Shown here piece by piece: positions 14,454 through 25,853 of a stretch of 64,000 nt of DNA. Made by a program: the position numbers and the translations under genes. Source of the DNA: Mobula hypostoma (Eukaryota). The stretch lies in contig NC_086108.1 of NCBI RefSeq assembly GCF_963921235.1, positions 47,680,001 through 47,744,000 on the forward strand, in the 5' to 3' direction. The notes below the pieces were generated by a model. It had not been told where the DNA came from. It ran no database searches and worked only from the letters and a program-made list of their open reading frames with translations. The number at the start of each line of letters is the position of its first letter. Position 1 is the stretch's first letter.

Positions 14454-15430
14454 TTGAATTGATTTGACTTTATTTGTTACATTCTTCACATACATGAAGA
14501 GTAAAAATCTTTACATTATGTCTCCATCTAAATGTGCAATGTGCAATCATAGTAATTTATAATAAATTAAACAGTCAATGTAACATAGAAATAAAATCAG
14601 CACGAGTTAATCAGTCTGAGGGCCTGGTGGAAGAAGCTGTCCCGGAGCCTGTTGGCCCTGGCTTTTATGCTCCGGTACTGTTTTCCGGATGGTAGCAGCT
14701 GGAATAGATTGTGGTTGGGGTGACTCAGGTCCCCAATGGTTCTTTTCTCGCACCTGTCTTTGTAAGTATCCTGAATCATGGGAAGCTCACAATTACAGAT
14801 GATGCGCTGGGCCGTCCGCACCACTCTCTGCAGAATCCTGCGATTGAGGGAAGTACAGTTCCCATACCAGGCAGTGATGCAGCCAGTCAGGATGCTCTCA
14901 GTTGTGCCCCTGTAGAAAGTTCTTAGGATTTGGGGGCCCATACCAAACTTCCTCAAACGTCTGAGGTGAAAGAGGCGCTGTTGTGCCTTTTTCACTACAC
15001 AGCTGGTGTGTACAGACCACATGAGGTCCTTGGTGATGTGGGTGCCGTGGAACTTAAAGCTGTTTACCCTCTCAACCCAGATCCATTGATGTCAATAGGG
15101 GTTAGCCCGTCTCCATTCCTCCTGTAATTCACAACCAGCTCCTTTGTTTTTGCAACATTAAGGGAGAGGTTGTTTTCTTGACACCACTGTGTCAGGGTGA
15201 TGACTTCTTCCCTGTAGGCCATCTCATTATTATTTGAGATTAGGCCAATCAATGTAGTGTCGCCGGCAAGTTTAATTAGCAGATTGGAGCTGTGAGTGGC
15301 AACAGTCATGGGTATATAGGGGAGTAAAGGAGGGGACTTGGTACACAGCCCTGAGGGGCTCCTGTGTTGCGAGTCAGAGGGGTCGAGGTGAGGGAGCCCA
15401 TTCTTGCCACCTGTCGGCGATCTGACAGGA
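14454..15430 (-). mobile_element. Rex1/Babar-type LINE 3' part
   Basis: ORFs 15064..15309 and 14597..15022 (KKAQQRLFHLRRLRKF...ESILTGCITAWYGNC...RLRDSFFHQALRLIN); same subfamily as 7577-9121. Confidence 0.9.
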
Positions 15431-15849
15431 ATATACTGTAACCTATGATTACTATATTTAGGAATTAAATTTTAAGGAGACACTATTTTGTGCTTTAATA
15501 TTTCTTTGAAAGTATGAAAGTTTGATAGTTTGGGTTGAAGTTAACTTCAAAAGATATCTCTGTTTTGGTTGATTTGAACTCTTTTCAACTGTTCAGTCAC
15601 ATGTGATGTCAGCTACTGGTCAAGATACATGCCACTTACCCTTTCTTCCTGTGTGGAAATATTGCTTGCACAAGGAAACCTTGTGTATGAATAAAAAATA
15701 GGAATGAGGATAAAAGGAGATATTTGTTCAGAAACAGATATTTTGTCTTGGTGCTAACGTTTCTTTTGAGTTACGAAGTTAATCTAGAAGAGTGATATAG
15801 TAAATATTCTTTCCATTTTTTTTAACAGAATTTTTATTTTATTTAGCGA

Positions 15850-16125
15850 TACAGCGCTGAGTAGGTCCTTTTGGCCCTTCGAGCCGTGCCACCTCAACAA
15901 CACCTGACAACCCCAGTTAAACCCTGACCTAATCCTGGGATGATTTACAATGACCAGTTAGCTTACCTGGTACGTCTTTTGACTGTGGGAGGAAACAGAA
16001 GCACGCAGGCAAAACCCTCGCATTCCACAGGGACTCCTCGCAGAGGACGCCGGAATTGAACTCCAAACTCTGACACCCCAAAATATAATTGCGTTGCAAT
16101 AACTGCTGAGCTACTGGGGTGCCCT
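15850..16125 (-). mobile_element. V-SINE-like element
   Basis: Plus strand reads acgtctttgactgtgggaggaaacagaagcac...ccggaattgaactc, the reverse complement of the V-SINE core and tRNA B-box region; approximate ends. Confidence 0.6.
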
Positions 16126-16399
16126 TAATTCTGGAAATAATTTTATTGTGATGTTGGTTCCATTACTATGAACACAAACTGTCTATTTTTTGTAAATTAA
16201 AGACAGTGTCACTGTTAATAATATAGTAAGTAGAATTGAAAGGTGGCGAAAGTAGTACAGAGATCATGTGGAATTATTCTGGAATGTTTTAATCTACTTC
16301 ATAACAAGGTGTTATTACTTTTTGTTAAAATTCTCATGCAGTTGTGTACTTATTTAGATATGTATGCAACCTCCTACATTGATTTCTTTCATTGAGCAG

Positions 16400-16493
16400 G
16401 TGGATTAAGGGAAGAAAACAATGATGATCGTGTGTTGCAGTGTTGCATGCAATACCAGCAGCTGTATCCTTCTACAGATATACTTCTTTGCAG
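16400..16493 (+). CDS. SWT1: SWT1 internal coding exon (PIN domain, NNDD motif)
   Basis: cag|GTGG...TGCAG|gtaaga; 94 nt, phase 1 to 2; translates [30 protein letters not shown], matching my recollection of the vertebrate SWT1 PIN segment ([15 protein letters not shown]...ILC). Confidence 0.93.
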
Positions 16494-17046
16494 GTAAGAC
16501 AATCCGAATAAATTGATTGTCAGTGTATTTCTAACAAAGGTGGATGTTTATTGATGGTGGATGATTTTCATGCATCACCTCCCATCCTCTTAGGTCCCTG
16601 GATGAATGTGTATTGTGTTTGCCCTTTTTTTAAAAACACCATTTGTAGGAGACAGTACTGCCTATAATTGTCAGCTTGGTTAGACGCTGAGCATTATATA
16701 GCAAACACAACAATATATTTTGTGCTAATAACACTCAATATCTCAACGCATAATCTAATATTCTGTCAGATAAATGTTGAGACAAATGTGGTTAAGATTA
16801 GTTTTGAGATGCATTCCTTTACATGCTGAGTTTGGGAATATAAAAATAGCAAATTTATGCCAGGGCTGTATAAAGTATTTTTTATATCACAGCCGGAGTA
16901 CTGCATATCATTCCCAGCATCATTGTAGAAAAGATGTGCTGTCACCAGAAAAGAGAGAGGAGATTTACAAGGATGTTGCCACAGACTGGAGAATTTTAGC
17001 TATTCGAGGTTTATCACGAGATTTTGCAAATGCTGTAAATTCTGAG

Positions 17047-17745
17047 CAACATGCATAAAATGCTGAAGGAACTCAGCACAACAGACCACATCTATGAAAG
17101 GGAACAAATAGTTGAAATTTCGGGCCGAGACCTTTCATTAGGACTGGAAATGAAGGGAGGAGAAGCTGGAATAAGAGGGTGGGGGGGATGGAGGGAGTAC
17201 AAGCTGGCAGGTGATAGGTGAAATCAAATGAGGGGCAAGGTGGGTGGGAGGAGGGGAGCTTGATGCGAGAAGCTGGGAGGTTATAAGTGGAATAGGTAGA
17301 TGACTAGTGAAGGAAGAATATGATAGGAGAGAACAGTGGAATAAAGAGAAAAAGGTGGGGAACTGGAAATTATTCCTCTTCATAAATGCTGATGGACCTG
17401 CTGAGTTCTTCCTGCATTTTGTGTGTGTTGCTCAAGATCTGCCCTTCACCTCTGTCAGTTCCCCACCTCCTTCCATTTCACTGTTCACTGTTAGCAGATT
17501 CCTGTACCTCTGCCTCCTATCACTTCCCAGATTTTCACATCATAGCCCCCTCCCCCATCCACCCACTTTCTTCATCAGGTCTCTCCTATCACCTGCCAAC
17601 TTTTATTCCTCCCCCTCCACCATCTGCTTATTCTGACTTCTTTCCCCTTACTTTCCAGTCCTGATGAAGGGTCTCAACCCAAGTGTTAACTATTCATTCC
17701 CCTCCGTGCATTGTGCTTGACCTGCTGTGGTTTGTGTGTGTTGCA
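17047..17745. mobile_element. Old fold-back Penelope-like tail pair
   Basis: 17047-~17365 is purine-rich (antisense tail) and ~17440-17745 is the pyrimidine-rich complement; each has a degenerate hammerhead-like motif (~17110-17145, ~17657-17691). Confidence 0.7.
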
Positions 17746-20256
17746 TAAGAAAAGTTGGCTTAGGCCAAAATCTTTCATTAGGACTGGCACAAATATTTGT
17801 GATGTTAAATTACATCTGAGAGGCTGAGATAAAAATGGGTTGGAAATGCTTATTAGTACATAAAAGTCATTAATACAGAAGCAAAAGTGCTGCAAAGGGC
17901 TAAAACAGTAATTCATTATTTGAATTTAGTTCTAAGTTTTGGATAGGTTTTGTATGCTTCTACGTGCTAGAAATAATAGTTTTTGATAGCTTTGATTGTG
18001 ATCTAAACTAGGATATGGTTTCTTCATTATTCAACTGTTTTGCAGGCAGTGCTTATTCTCTCCTCAGTGTAAAAGGCCTCACAGTAACAGTTTCTCACTG
18101 CAATATCCCCTGCTTGGGATAAACTAGAACTACCCTTGAGCATGGAGAGATCGCTTTTGCCATAAAATTGTTTTATTGTAAAAATTAACCGGTAGGTTAA
18201 ATTAAAATCTTTTATGTGTTGACAACTAAATAGAGTAATCAATCATTCAGTGAATTAACTCGGTCTTTCCAATTAAGTGATGAGGGATAATTTTTTTTAA
18301 TGAGTCAGCTTCGTGAATCATTAAGTGAGTTAGAACTTGTGATTTTCAGCCTCATTTTCCGATTTTGCTTAATTAAAATAAACACTTCAGTGTACAGAAG
18401 AAAGTTCATGTTAGCATCTTGTAGACCGCTTGGTTATATGAAGAGTTCAAATGGATTTTCTGTGTCCCCATAGATAGTACTTGAAGACTCACTTGGCGTA
18501 TTAAGCACTATTCTTCCCTCAACCAACATCTGTATAATACTTGAACTTGCCTATGATGGTTTAAAAAAATTAGGGCAACATAACAATCTATGCACTTTAT
18601 TTTCAAATTTTTTTTGGGGGGGGAAGCACATTACATTGATCACCTGCCCATGCTTGCTGCTGTCGGTTCAACAGAGTAGGAACATACTGAGTGCTGTCGG
18701 GAGGCAGCTTGATCCCCACAGTTAACCTTATTTGCTGATGGTCTACTATGATGTAATGCAATTGTGGAAGTTGAAGATGTTGGTGGCATAGGTGATGGTT
18801 AGAATCTTTCCACGAAAAGCTGGTGGAAACCAAAAACATTTTACCTTTTGCCATTTTAAAAACAAGTCTTATATTATCTGTAGCAAAGTAGATGGCCTCG
18901 TATTTCACATAGAATGTCAAAAAACCTAAAGCCTTTCTGATTTCTTTTCAGAACTCGCACATTATCAGCCACAGTGAATTCTTAGATTTATTATACTTTG
19001 CTTTATCCAAATAATCAGTATACCTTATGAATAGCTAGAGCCCAAGCACCTTACGTGTCACAGCTTTCTACCCAGAAAGTGCCTTGTCTGTCCTGCTCTA
19101 TTTTCTGTCCTTCGATCAATCCATACCAATATATTACCCTAAATCTGATGTATTCTGTTTAACAACCTCAAGTATTAATTTTGTTACATTTTAATAAATG
19201 GACTCAATAAATACATTCAAAAATGTGAAGACACTCATTATTTCAATGAAATAATCCAGATACTACCTAGTTCCTCAGCCGTAACACCATTGATGAACTA
19301 GGTTTGCAGGGAAGAGACCAATACCTACCTGCATTTGGAGATACTTAGGCAAACTGTTGATCCTAGTCTGGGCTAAGATAAAGTGATGTGTAAGTACGAT
19401 GCATCTCTTATTTCTGTTTTGTGACTTCATCCCGAAAGGAATTGCCTCCCTTGAGTGGCCACTTGTTAAATGTGTGAGATTAATAATTTTAGTGAACTAA
19501 TTGATCTTTAAAAATATTGTAATAATTCCTAGCCCCATTGTTCACACATATCCTTTCTATTGGATGACGATTATGAATGTATTTGCAGCTGAGTCGAGCC
19601 AAGATCAGTTAATATGATAAAGGTTGGAAAATACATTTGTGGAATTTTGATTTGCATAGCTAAATGTATTACAAGTAGAGTTACTTTGGTAATCATTTTT
19701 TTTTAGAACTCTTTCCTGTGTAATATATAACTTTGCATTATTGCTGATTGCTTTTAACATTAAAGATTTTATTACCTCAAAATCGTTATGCTTTGTGTTC
19801 ATGACGGAACCATTTGTATTAGCATTGTTTATTTGAATTCGATTCAAAATAATATTTAATGATACATCTGTATGGAAACAGTGCTGTTTCCAGTTGGCCG
19901 CACTGTCTTCATTGAATTAGATTATGGATATAGTGTATTCTGGAGAAGAGCACTTCATCTAGCCTGGAACTTGGTGTACTGAGAGAATATGGTACAGTTG
20001 GAGGTACTTTCTATGGAATGTGATGTTAAACCACAGCCTCATCTGTTTTTACAGTGGACATAATCTGGCCTTTCCAGCAGGTTAACTTGTTTGCACAAGT
20101 TGACGGCAATATTGCCATTGTAACTACTTTTCAAACAGCAGTTTGTATATAAAAGACATTCTGATAGAAATGAAGAAAATTTTACACAAATTCAAACCTT
20201 TTTTCTAATGAGTAAGTTCAAACCTTTTTTCTAATGAGTAAATTTCTCTCCTGCAG

Positions 20257-20405
20257 TGATGATAAAAACCTTTGCAGTAAAGCTCTTGTAAGCAATGTCA
20301 AGGCTGTGAGGAAAGATGATCTGTTGACTGAATTGAGGAGCTTGAAATCTATCAGAGATGACACAAGCACTCAGGATCTTAGTATCTTCAGTCAGCCTCA
20401 ATCAG
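20257..20405 (+). CDS. SWT1: SWT1 internal coding exon (end of PIN domain, SDDKNL)
   Basis: ctcctgcag|TGAT...ATCAG|gtcagt; 149 nt, phase 2 to 1; joined to the previous exon reads C-S-DDKNLCSKALVSNVKAVRKDDLLTEL, the PIN T/S-D-D-x-N-L motif; overlaps ORF 20234..20461. Confidence 0.92.
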
Positions 20406-20790
20406 GTCAGTCAGTATATGTTTCACTTATCATATATATTTGTTCTGATAATGCATATTGATTGCAGAAGATTTTCTTCAACTGCCTGTGTGGGTCTATT
20501 TCATGAATCCCAACTTGTGCAAAATTTCAGTATTTTCACTGCCACTTATTAAATTCTAGTTGCACATTATTCCAGTCCTTTCTGAATTTCATTGACTTAG
20601 TCCATCCTAACAGCTCGATTTCAGTATGTTTGTTTTCATCATATGATGTACGCTTGGCTTCACCTCTTTCCACACTACCCCCCCCCCCACTTGATTTATG
20701 CTTTCTATCGTCATCACATATTTCAATTTCCATTTGGTCATTTTTATTCCTCTAGAAAGAGTAAAGGGCCATATGGTACAAAAGTCTTAG

Positions 20791-20791
<1 letters not shown>

Positions 20792-20885
<94 letters not shown>
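20792..20885. repeat. Compound microsatellite (TA)n(CA)n(TA)n
   Basis: Seen directly; flanked by caaaagtcttag and cctaagaatttt, which are inverted relative to each other. Confidence 0.95.
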
Positions 20886-20888
<3 letters not shown>

Positions 20889-21634
20889 CCTAAGAATTTT
20901 ACACAGTAATGTATTTGTCAAAGTGATGTGAAGAGCGAGTTTGTAAAACTGGTGGGAGCAAAGGATGTTGGGACTGGCGAGGGTAGAGTACTGCAGAAGG
21001 TGTGTGAGACAGGTGGCAGAGAAGGAATGCCAAAGCAGGGGAGATGGCATGGGTGCAGCCACACTCAGCCGTGAGACACCTGACATACAGAGACAGAGAG
21101 ATCTAGAGATATATATCCTAAGACTTTTGCATAGTACTGCGGTGTAAATAGCAGGTGCTGAAAATTCAAAATCTAGGCAAGCCACAAAACTCATTGAGTG
21201 CATAGTATTTGAAAGACAAGGAAATTAACATTTAGATCCAGATTTATGATCAAGAGGAATCCAAGAATGCTGCTCATGCCTAATGAAAAATCTTGCTTAA
21301 ACATTAACCTTCTGTTGTAGACTCTGTTTGAGCTGCTGTAGATTTAAAGCACGCACTTTTTTCATTTCCTTAGCAACACTTACATTCTCATGCTCTTGTC
21401 ATCACCTAATCTAAAAACATTTTCACGCTGAGTATTCCAAATGCAAATTAGAGCACAATGAAATTAAAAGATCTAAAGTATTCTTACCATGGTCAGTTCT
21501 ATCGAGGGCTTGTGCTCACTGGATAAAGCTCCAGCAATAAGAGTTTACACACATTTATATGTGTGTGTTTGTGTGAATATATACATATATATTTTTTCTC
21601 TCACTAGGTATGAGTCTCTTCTTCTTCCCCCCCC

Positions 21635-22240
21635 CATGAAAGGGTTAATGTATGTGGAATGCTTGATGGCTCTGGGACTGTACTGTATGGAGTTTAGACG
21701 AATGAGGGTGGGTCTCATTAAAAAATATTGAAAGGGCTGGATAGAATAAAACCGTAATATATAGGAGCACAATTAAGCCATTTGGCTCCGCCATACAATC
21801 ATGACTGTTTTATTATCCCTCTTAACCCCATTCTCCTGCCTTCTCCCTGTAAGCTTTGACGCCCTTATTAATCAAGAGCCTATCATCCTCCACTTTAAAT
21901 GTATTCAGTGACTTGGCCCCCATAGCCGTCTGTGACGAGTATGTTCCCAATACAGTATTGGGGGAGACCTAAGACTGGAGTGCACAGCCTCAGAATAGAA
22001 GGGCGTCCCTTTCGAACAGAGATGAAGAGGAATCTCTTTAGCCAGAGAGTGATGAATCTGCTATGGAGGCCAAGTCATTGGGTATATTTAAAGTGGAGAC
22101 TGATAAGTATTTGATTAGTAAAGGGTTGATTAATATGGGGAGAAGGCAGGGGAATGGGGTTGAGAGGGAAAATAAATCAATCCAGATCGAATGACAGAGC
22201 AGACTTGATAGACCTAATTGTTTAATTCTGTTTCTATGTC
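21635..22240 (+). mobile_element. CR1 3' fragment with an opposite-strand CR1 tail embedded (~21755-21935)
   Basis: Encodes LMALGLYCMEFRRMR and HSLRIEGRPFRTEMKRNLFSQRVMNL; the embedded segment is the reverse complement of the CR1 3' UTR. Confidence 0.7.
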
Positions 22241-22788
22241 TTATTTTGATAAAATGTTTCTTTTCATTATTTTTATTCTTTTACAAATGTGAAATTCTAT
22301 TTCACGTTGTGATGTGGAACAGTGTCCTTCACAGCTTGATTTTATGTGCTGAAGGCACGTAATTACTCTGGCATTTAAGGAAGAAAACTTAAATAAACTT
22401 AAGTAGAACAAGGTAATACTAGCAATGGTAGTGCTGTTGGTGAGATATAGCTGTTGCATTTGGGAATTTCTGGGGATAATTTTGATTCTGGCCAGTCTTC
22501 TTTGTTACGAGCGCCTGCATCTTGAAATGCTTTATTTCTGAACTGATAAACTGGAATCTGAAATCCTGACACAAAAAGACATTAAGAAAGAGGAAAGTTT
22601 TAACTGGACACTGGGAATTAGTTTCATCCGTTAAGTTGACTGCCTTTGATAAAATGTCTCCTTGATGCTGGCAAAAAACCCTGGAATTACAATGGATGAG
22701 TTCAGTTATTATGGTCCATGTAAAAACCAGTGACATAGAACTAAAAATGAATCTTTGCTGAGAGGATTTGAGGAGCTGGGGTCTAGGT

Positions 22789-23138
22789 CAGTGGTCCCCA
22801 ACCTCCGGGCCGCGGACCGATACATTGCCGCGAAGAATGCAGCGGTGCAGCGGTAGCCGGAATGCACCCAGCACATCTTTAAGAAAAAAGCCGAAATAAA
22901 CAAGCTAATTAATTAGGTGCCGCCCAGCACGTAAATGTCAGCCCAGATCAGAGGCGATTGCCAATTGCGTTGCCTCTGACCTGGGCCGACATTTACATGC
23001 CGGGCGGCACCTAATTAATTAGCTTGTTTATTTCAGCTTTTTTCTTAAAGATATGCTGGGTGCATTCCAACTACCGCTGCACCACTGCATTCTTCACAGC
23101 AATGTATCGGTCCGCAGCCTGGAAGTTGGGGACCACTG
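22789..23138. mobile_element. hAT (Charlie-like) palindromic MITE, 350 bp
   Basis: Termini CAGTGGTCCCCAAC / GTTGGGGACCACTG; exact 8-bp TSD gtctaggt (22781-22788, 23139-23146); the two halves are complementary along nearly their whole length. Confidence 0.92.
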
Positions 23139-23954
23139 GTCTAGGTCAAGAAATACCCTCAAAGACAAGAACCTCTGTATTTTTACTTTAGCCATGTACT
23201 TAATGTCAAAGAGATAATCAGGTTACCACTGTTGGGAAATATGTATTCTGTTATACTTTCAGAAGAGATATACAAAATGGGGGAGAAGAGGTATCCCTGA
23301 TGATGGAAATACTGTGGGTTGGAATAATTTCCCAACATTGGTGGGAGTTGTCTGAAGGCATTTCAATAGTATTGGCAATGTACAGACAATATAAATTCAA
23401 AAATTAAAGGTGTGTTATGGAGATTTTTAGACTACATTAAGACATGACAAACCAAAGCAGCACTTGCTGTGTGGAGGACAAATTCGTGATGTACATATGA
23501 AATGGTAAACTGAGATATGGAGAGTTCAGGAACAGTGTATTCCTGTGAAAGTGATGGATGATCTTGGCAGAATTAGGGAACTCTGGTTGACAAGGGAAAT
23601 TGAGCCACTAATCATTAAATAAAAACAAGGGAGGTGAATGCCAGATTAAGGCAGCTGAGATCAGATGAATCCCTTGAGGAATATAAGAGATGCAGGAACA
23701 CATTTAAGAAGAAAATCAGGAAACCAGAAAGACATGTGGTGGATGTGACATGTAGGTAAAGGAAAGTCTTAAGAGATCTTACAAGTATGTTAAGAGCAAA
23801 ACAGTAACAAGGGAAATAATGGATAACCTTAATGATCAGTGTGGTTATCTGTGTGTGGAGCTACAGGAGCTGTGCAAGTGGGTATTTCTTCTTTCTGTTT
23901 ACCATGGAGAAGCTCCTGTAAGCTCAGGAAATAAGGGAAATAAATAGTCACATA

Positions 23955-24862
23955 CAGTGCCTATAAAAAGTATTCACTAACCCCCTCCCCTCCCCCAGAA
24001 GTTTACATGTTTTATTGTTTTACAACATTGAATCACAGTGGATTTAATTTGGCTTTTTTTTTTGACACTGATCAACTCTTTCGTGTCAAAGTGAAAACAG
24101 ATCTGTACAAAGTGATCTAAATTAATTACAAATATAAAACACAAAATAATTGATTGCATAAGTATTCACCCTCTTCAAGTCAGTATTTAGTAGAAGCACC
24201 TTTGGCAGCAATTACAGCCTTGAGTCTGTGTGGATAGGTCTCTGGCCACTGCAATTTTTCAAATTGCTCAAACTCTATCAGATTGCGTGGGGATTGTGAG
24301 TGAACAGCCCTTTTCAAGTCTAGCCACAAATTCTCAATTGGATTGAGGTCTGGACTTTGACTTGGCCATTCCTGGACATTAACTTTGTTGTCTTTAAGCC
24401 ATCCCTGTGTAGCTTTGGCTTTATGCTTGGGGTCATTTTCTTGCTGGAAAACAAATCTTCTCCCAAGTCACAGTTCTCTTGCAGATAGCATCAGGTTTTC
24501 CTCCAGGATTTCCCTGTATTTTGCTGCATTCATTTTACCCTCTACCTTCCCAAGCCTTCCAGGGCTTGCTACAGTGAATCATCCCCACAGCATGATGCAG
24601 CCACCACCATGCTTCACAGTAGGGATGGTCTGTTTTTGATGATGAGCGATGTTTGGCTTATGTCAAACAAAGCATTTAATCAGATGGCCAAAAAGCTCAA
24701 TTTTGGTTTAATCAGACCATAGAACCTTCTTCCAGGTGACTTCAGAGTTTCCCACATGCTTTCTGGAAAACTAGCCAAGATTTCATGTGAGTATTTTTTC
24801 AGCAGTGGCTTTCTCTTTGCCATTGTCCGACAAAGCTGCGACTGGTGAAGCAGTCAGGCACT
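23955..24862 (-). mobile_element. Tc1 transposon, right half (pseudogenised DDE domain)
   Basis: TA then terminus cagtgcctataaaaagtattcac; inner repeat aagtattcac near 24161; minus strand encodes WSD*TK, VKHGGGCIM, QQENDPKH and SPDLNPIE. Confidence 0.88.
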
Positions 24863-24905
24863 GTATCTTCATTTTAACAGAGGAAGTGATTCAGATTCAG
24901 ATTTA

Positions 24906-25838
24906 CAGTGGCATACAAAAGTTTGGGCACCCCTGGTCAAAATTTCTGTTACTGTGAATAGTTAAGTGAGTAGAAGATGAACTGATCTACAAAAGTCATA
25001 AAGTTAAAGATGAAACATTCTTTTCAACATTTTAAGCAAGATTAGTGTATTATTTTTGTTTTGTACAATTTTAGAGTGAAAAAAAGGAAAGGAGCACCAT
25101 GCAAAGGTTTGGGCATCCCAAGAGATTTGAGCTCTCAGATAACTTTTACCAAGGTCTCAGACCTTAATTAGCTTGTTAGGACTATGGCTTGTTCACAGTC
25201 ATCATTAGGAAAGGCCAGGTGATGCAAATTTCAAAGCTTTATAAATACCCTGACTCCTGAAACCTTGTCCCAACAATCAATAGCCATGGGCTCCTCTAAG
25301 CAGCTGCCTAGCACTCTGAAAATTAAAATAAATATTGCCCACAAAGCAGGAGAAGGCTATAAGAAGATAGCAAAGCGTTTTCAGGTTGCCGTTTCCTCAG
25401 TTCGTAATGTAATTAAGAAATGGCAGTTAACGGGAACGGTGGAAGTCAAGTTGAGGTCTGAAAGACCAAGAAAACTTCCCAAGAGAACTGCTCGTAGGAT
25501 TGCTAGAAAGGCAAATCAAAACCCCTGTTTGACTGCAAAAGACCTTCAGGAAGATTTAGCAGACTCTAGAGTGATGGTGCACTGTTCTACTGTGCAGCGA
25601 CACCTGCACAAATATGACCTTCATGGAAGAGTCATCAAAAGAAAACCTTTCCTGCATCCTCACCACAAAATTCAGCATCAGAAGTTTGCAAAGGAACATC
25701 TAAACAAGCCTAATGCATTTTGGAAACAAGTCCTGTGGACTGATGAAGTTAAAAATTAACTTTTTGGCCACAATAAGCAAAGGTATGTTTGGAGAAAAAA
25801 GGGTGCAGAATCTCATGAAAAGAACACCTCTCCAACTG
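24906..25838 (+). mobile_element. Tc1 transposon, left half (different family), truncated transposase
   Basis: TA then cagtggcatacaaaagtttgggcaccc, inner repeat near 25099; ORF 25265..25759 has the paired-like HTH (GEGYKKIAKRF) and WKQVLWTDE; stops abruptly at 25838. Confidence 0.92.
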
Positions 25839-25853
25839 AAAACATTTAATACC

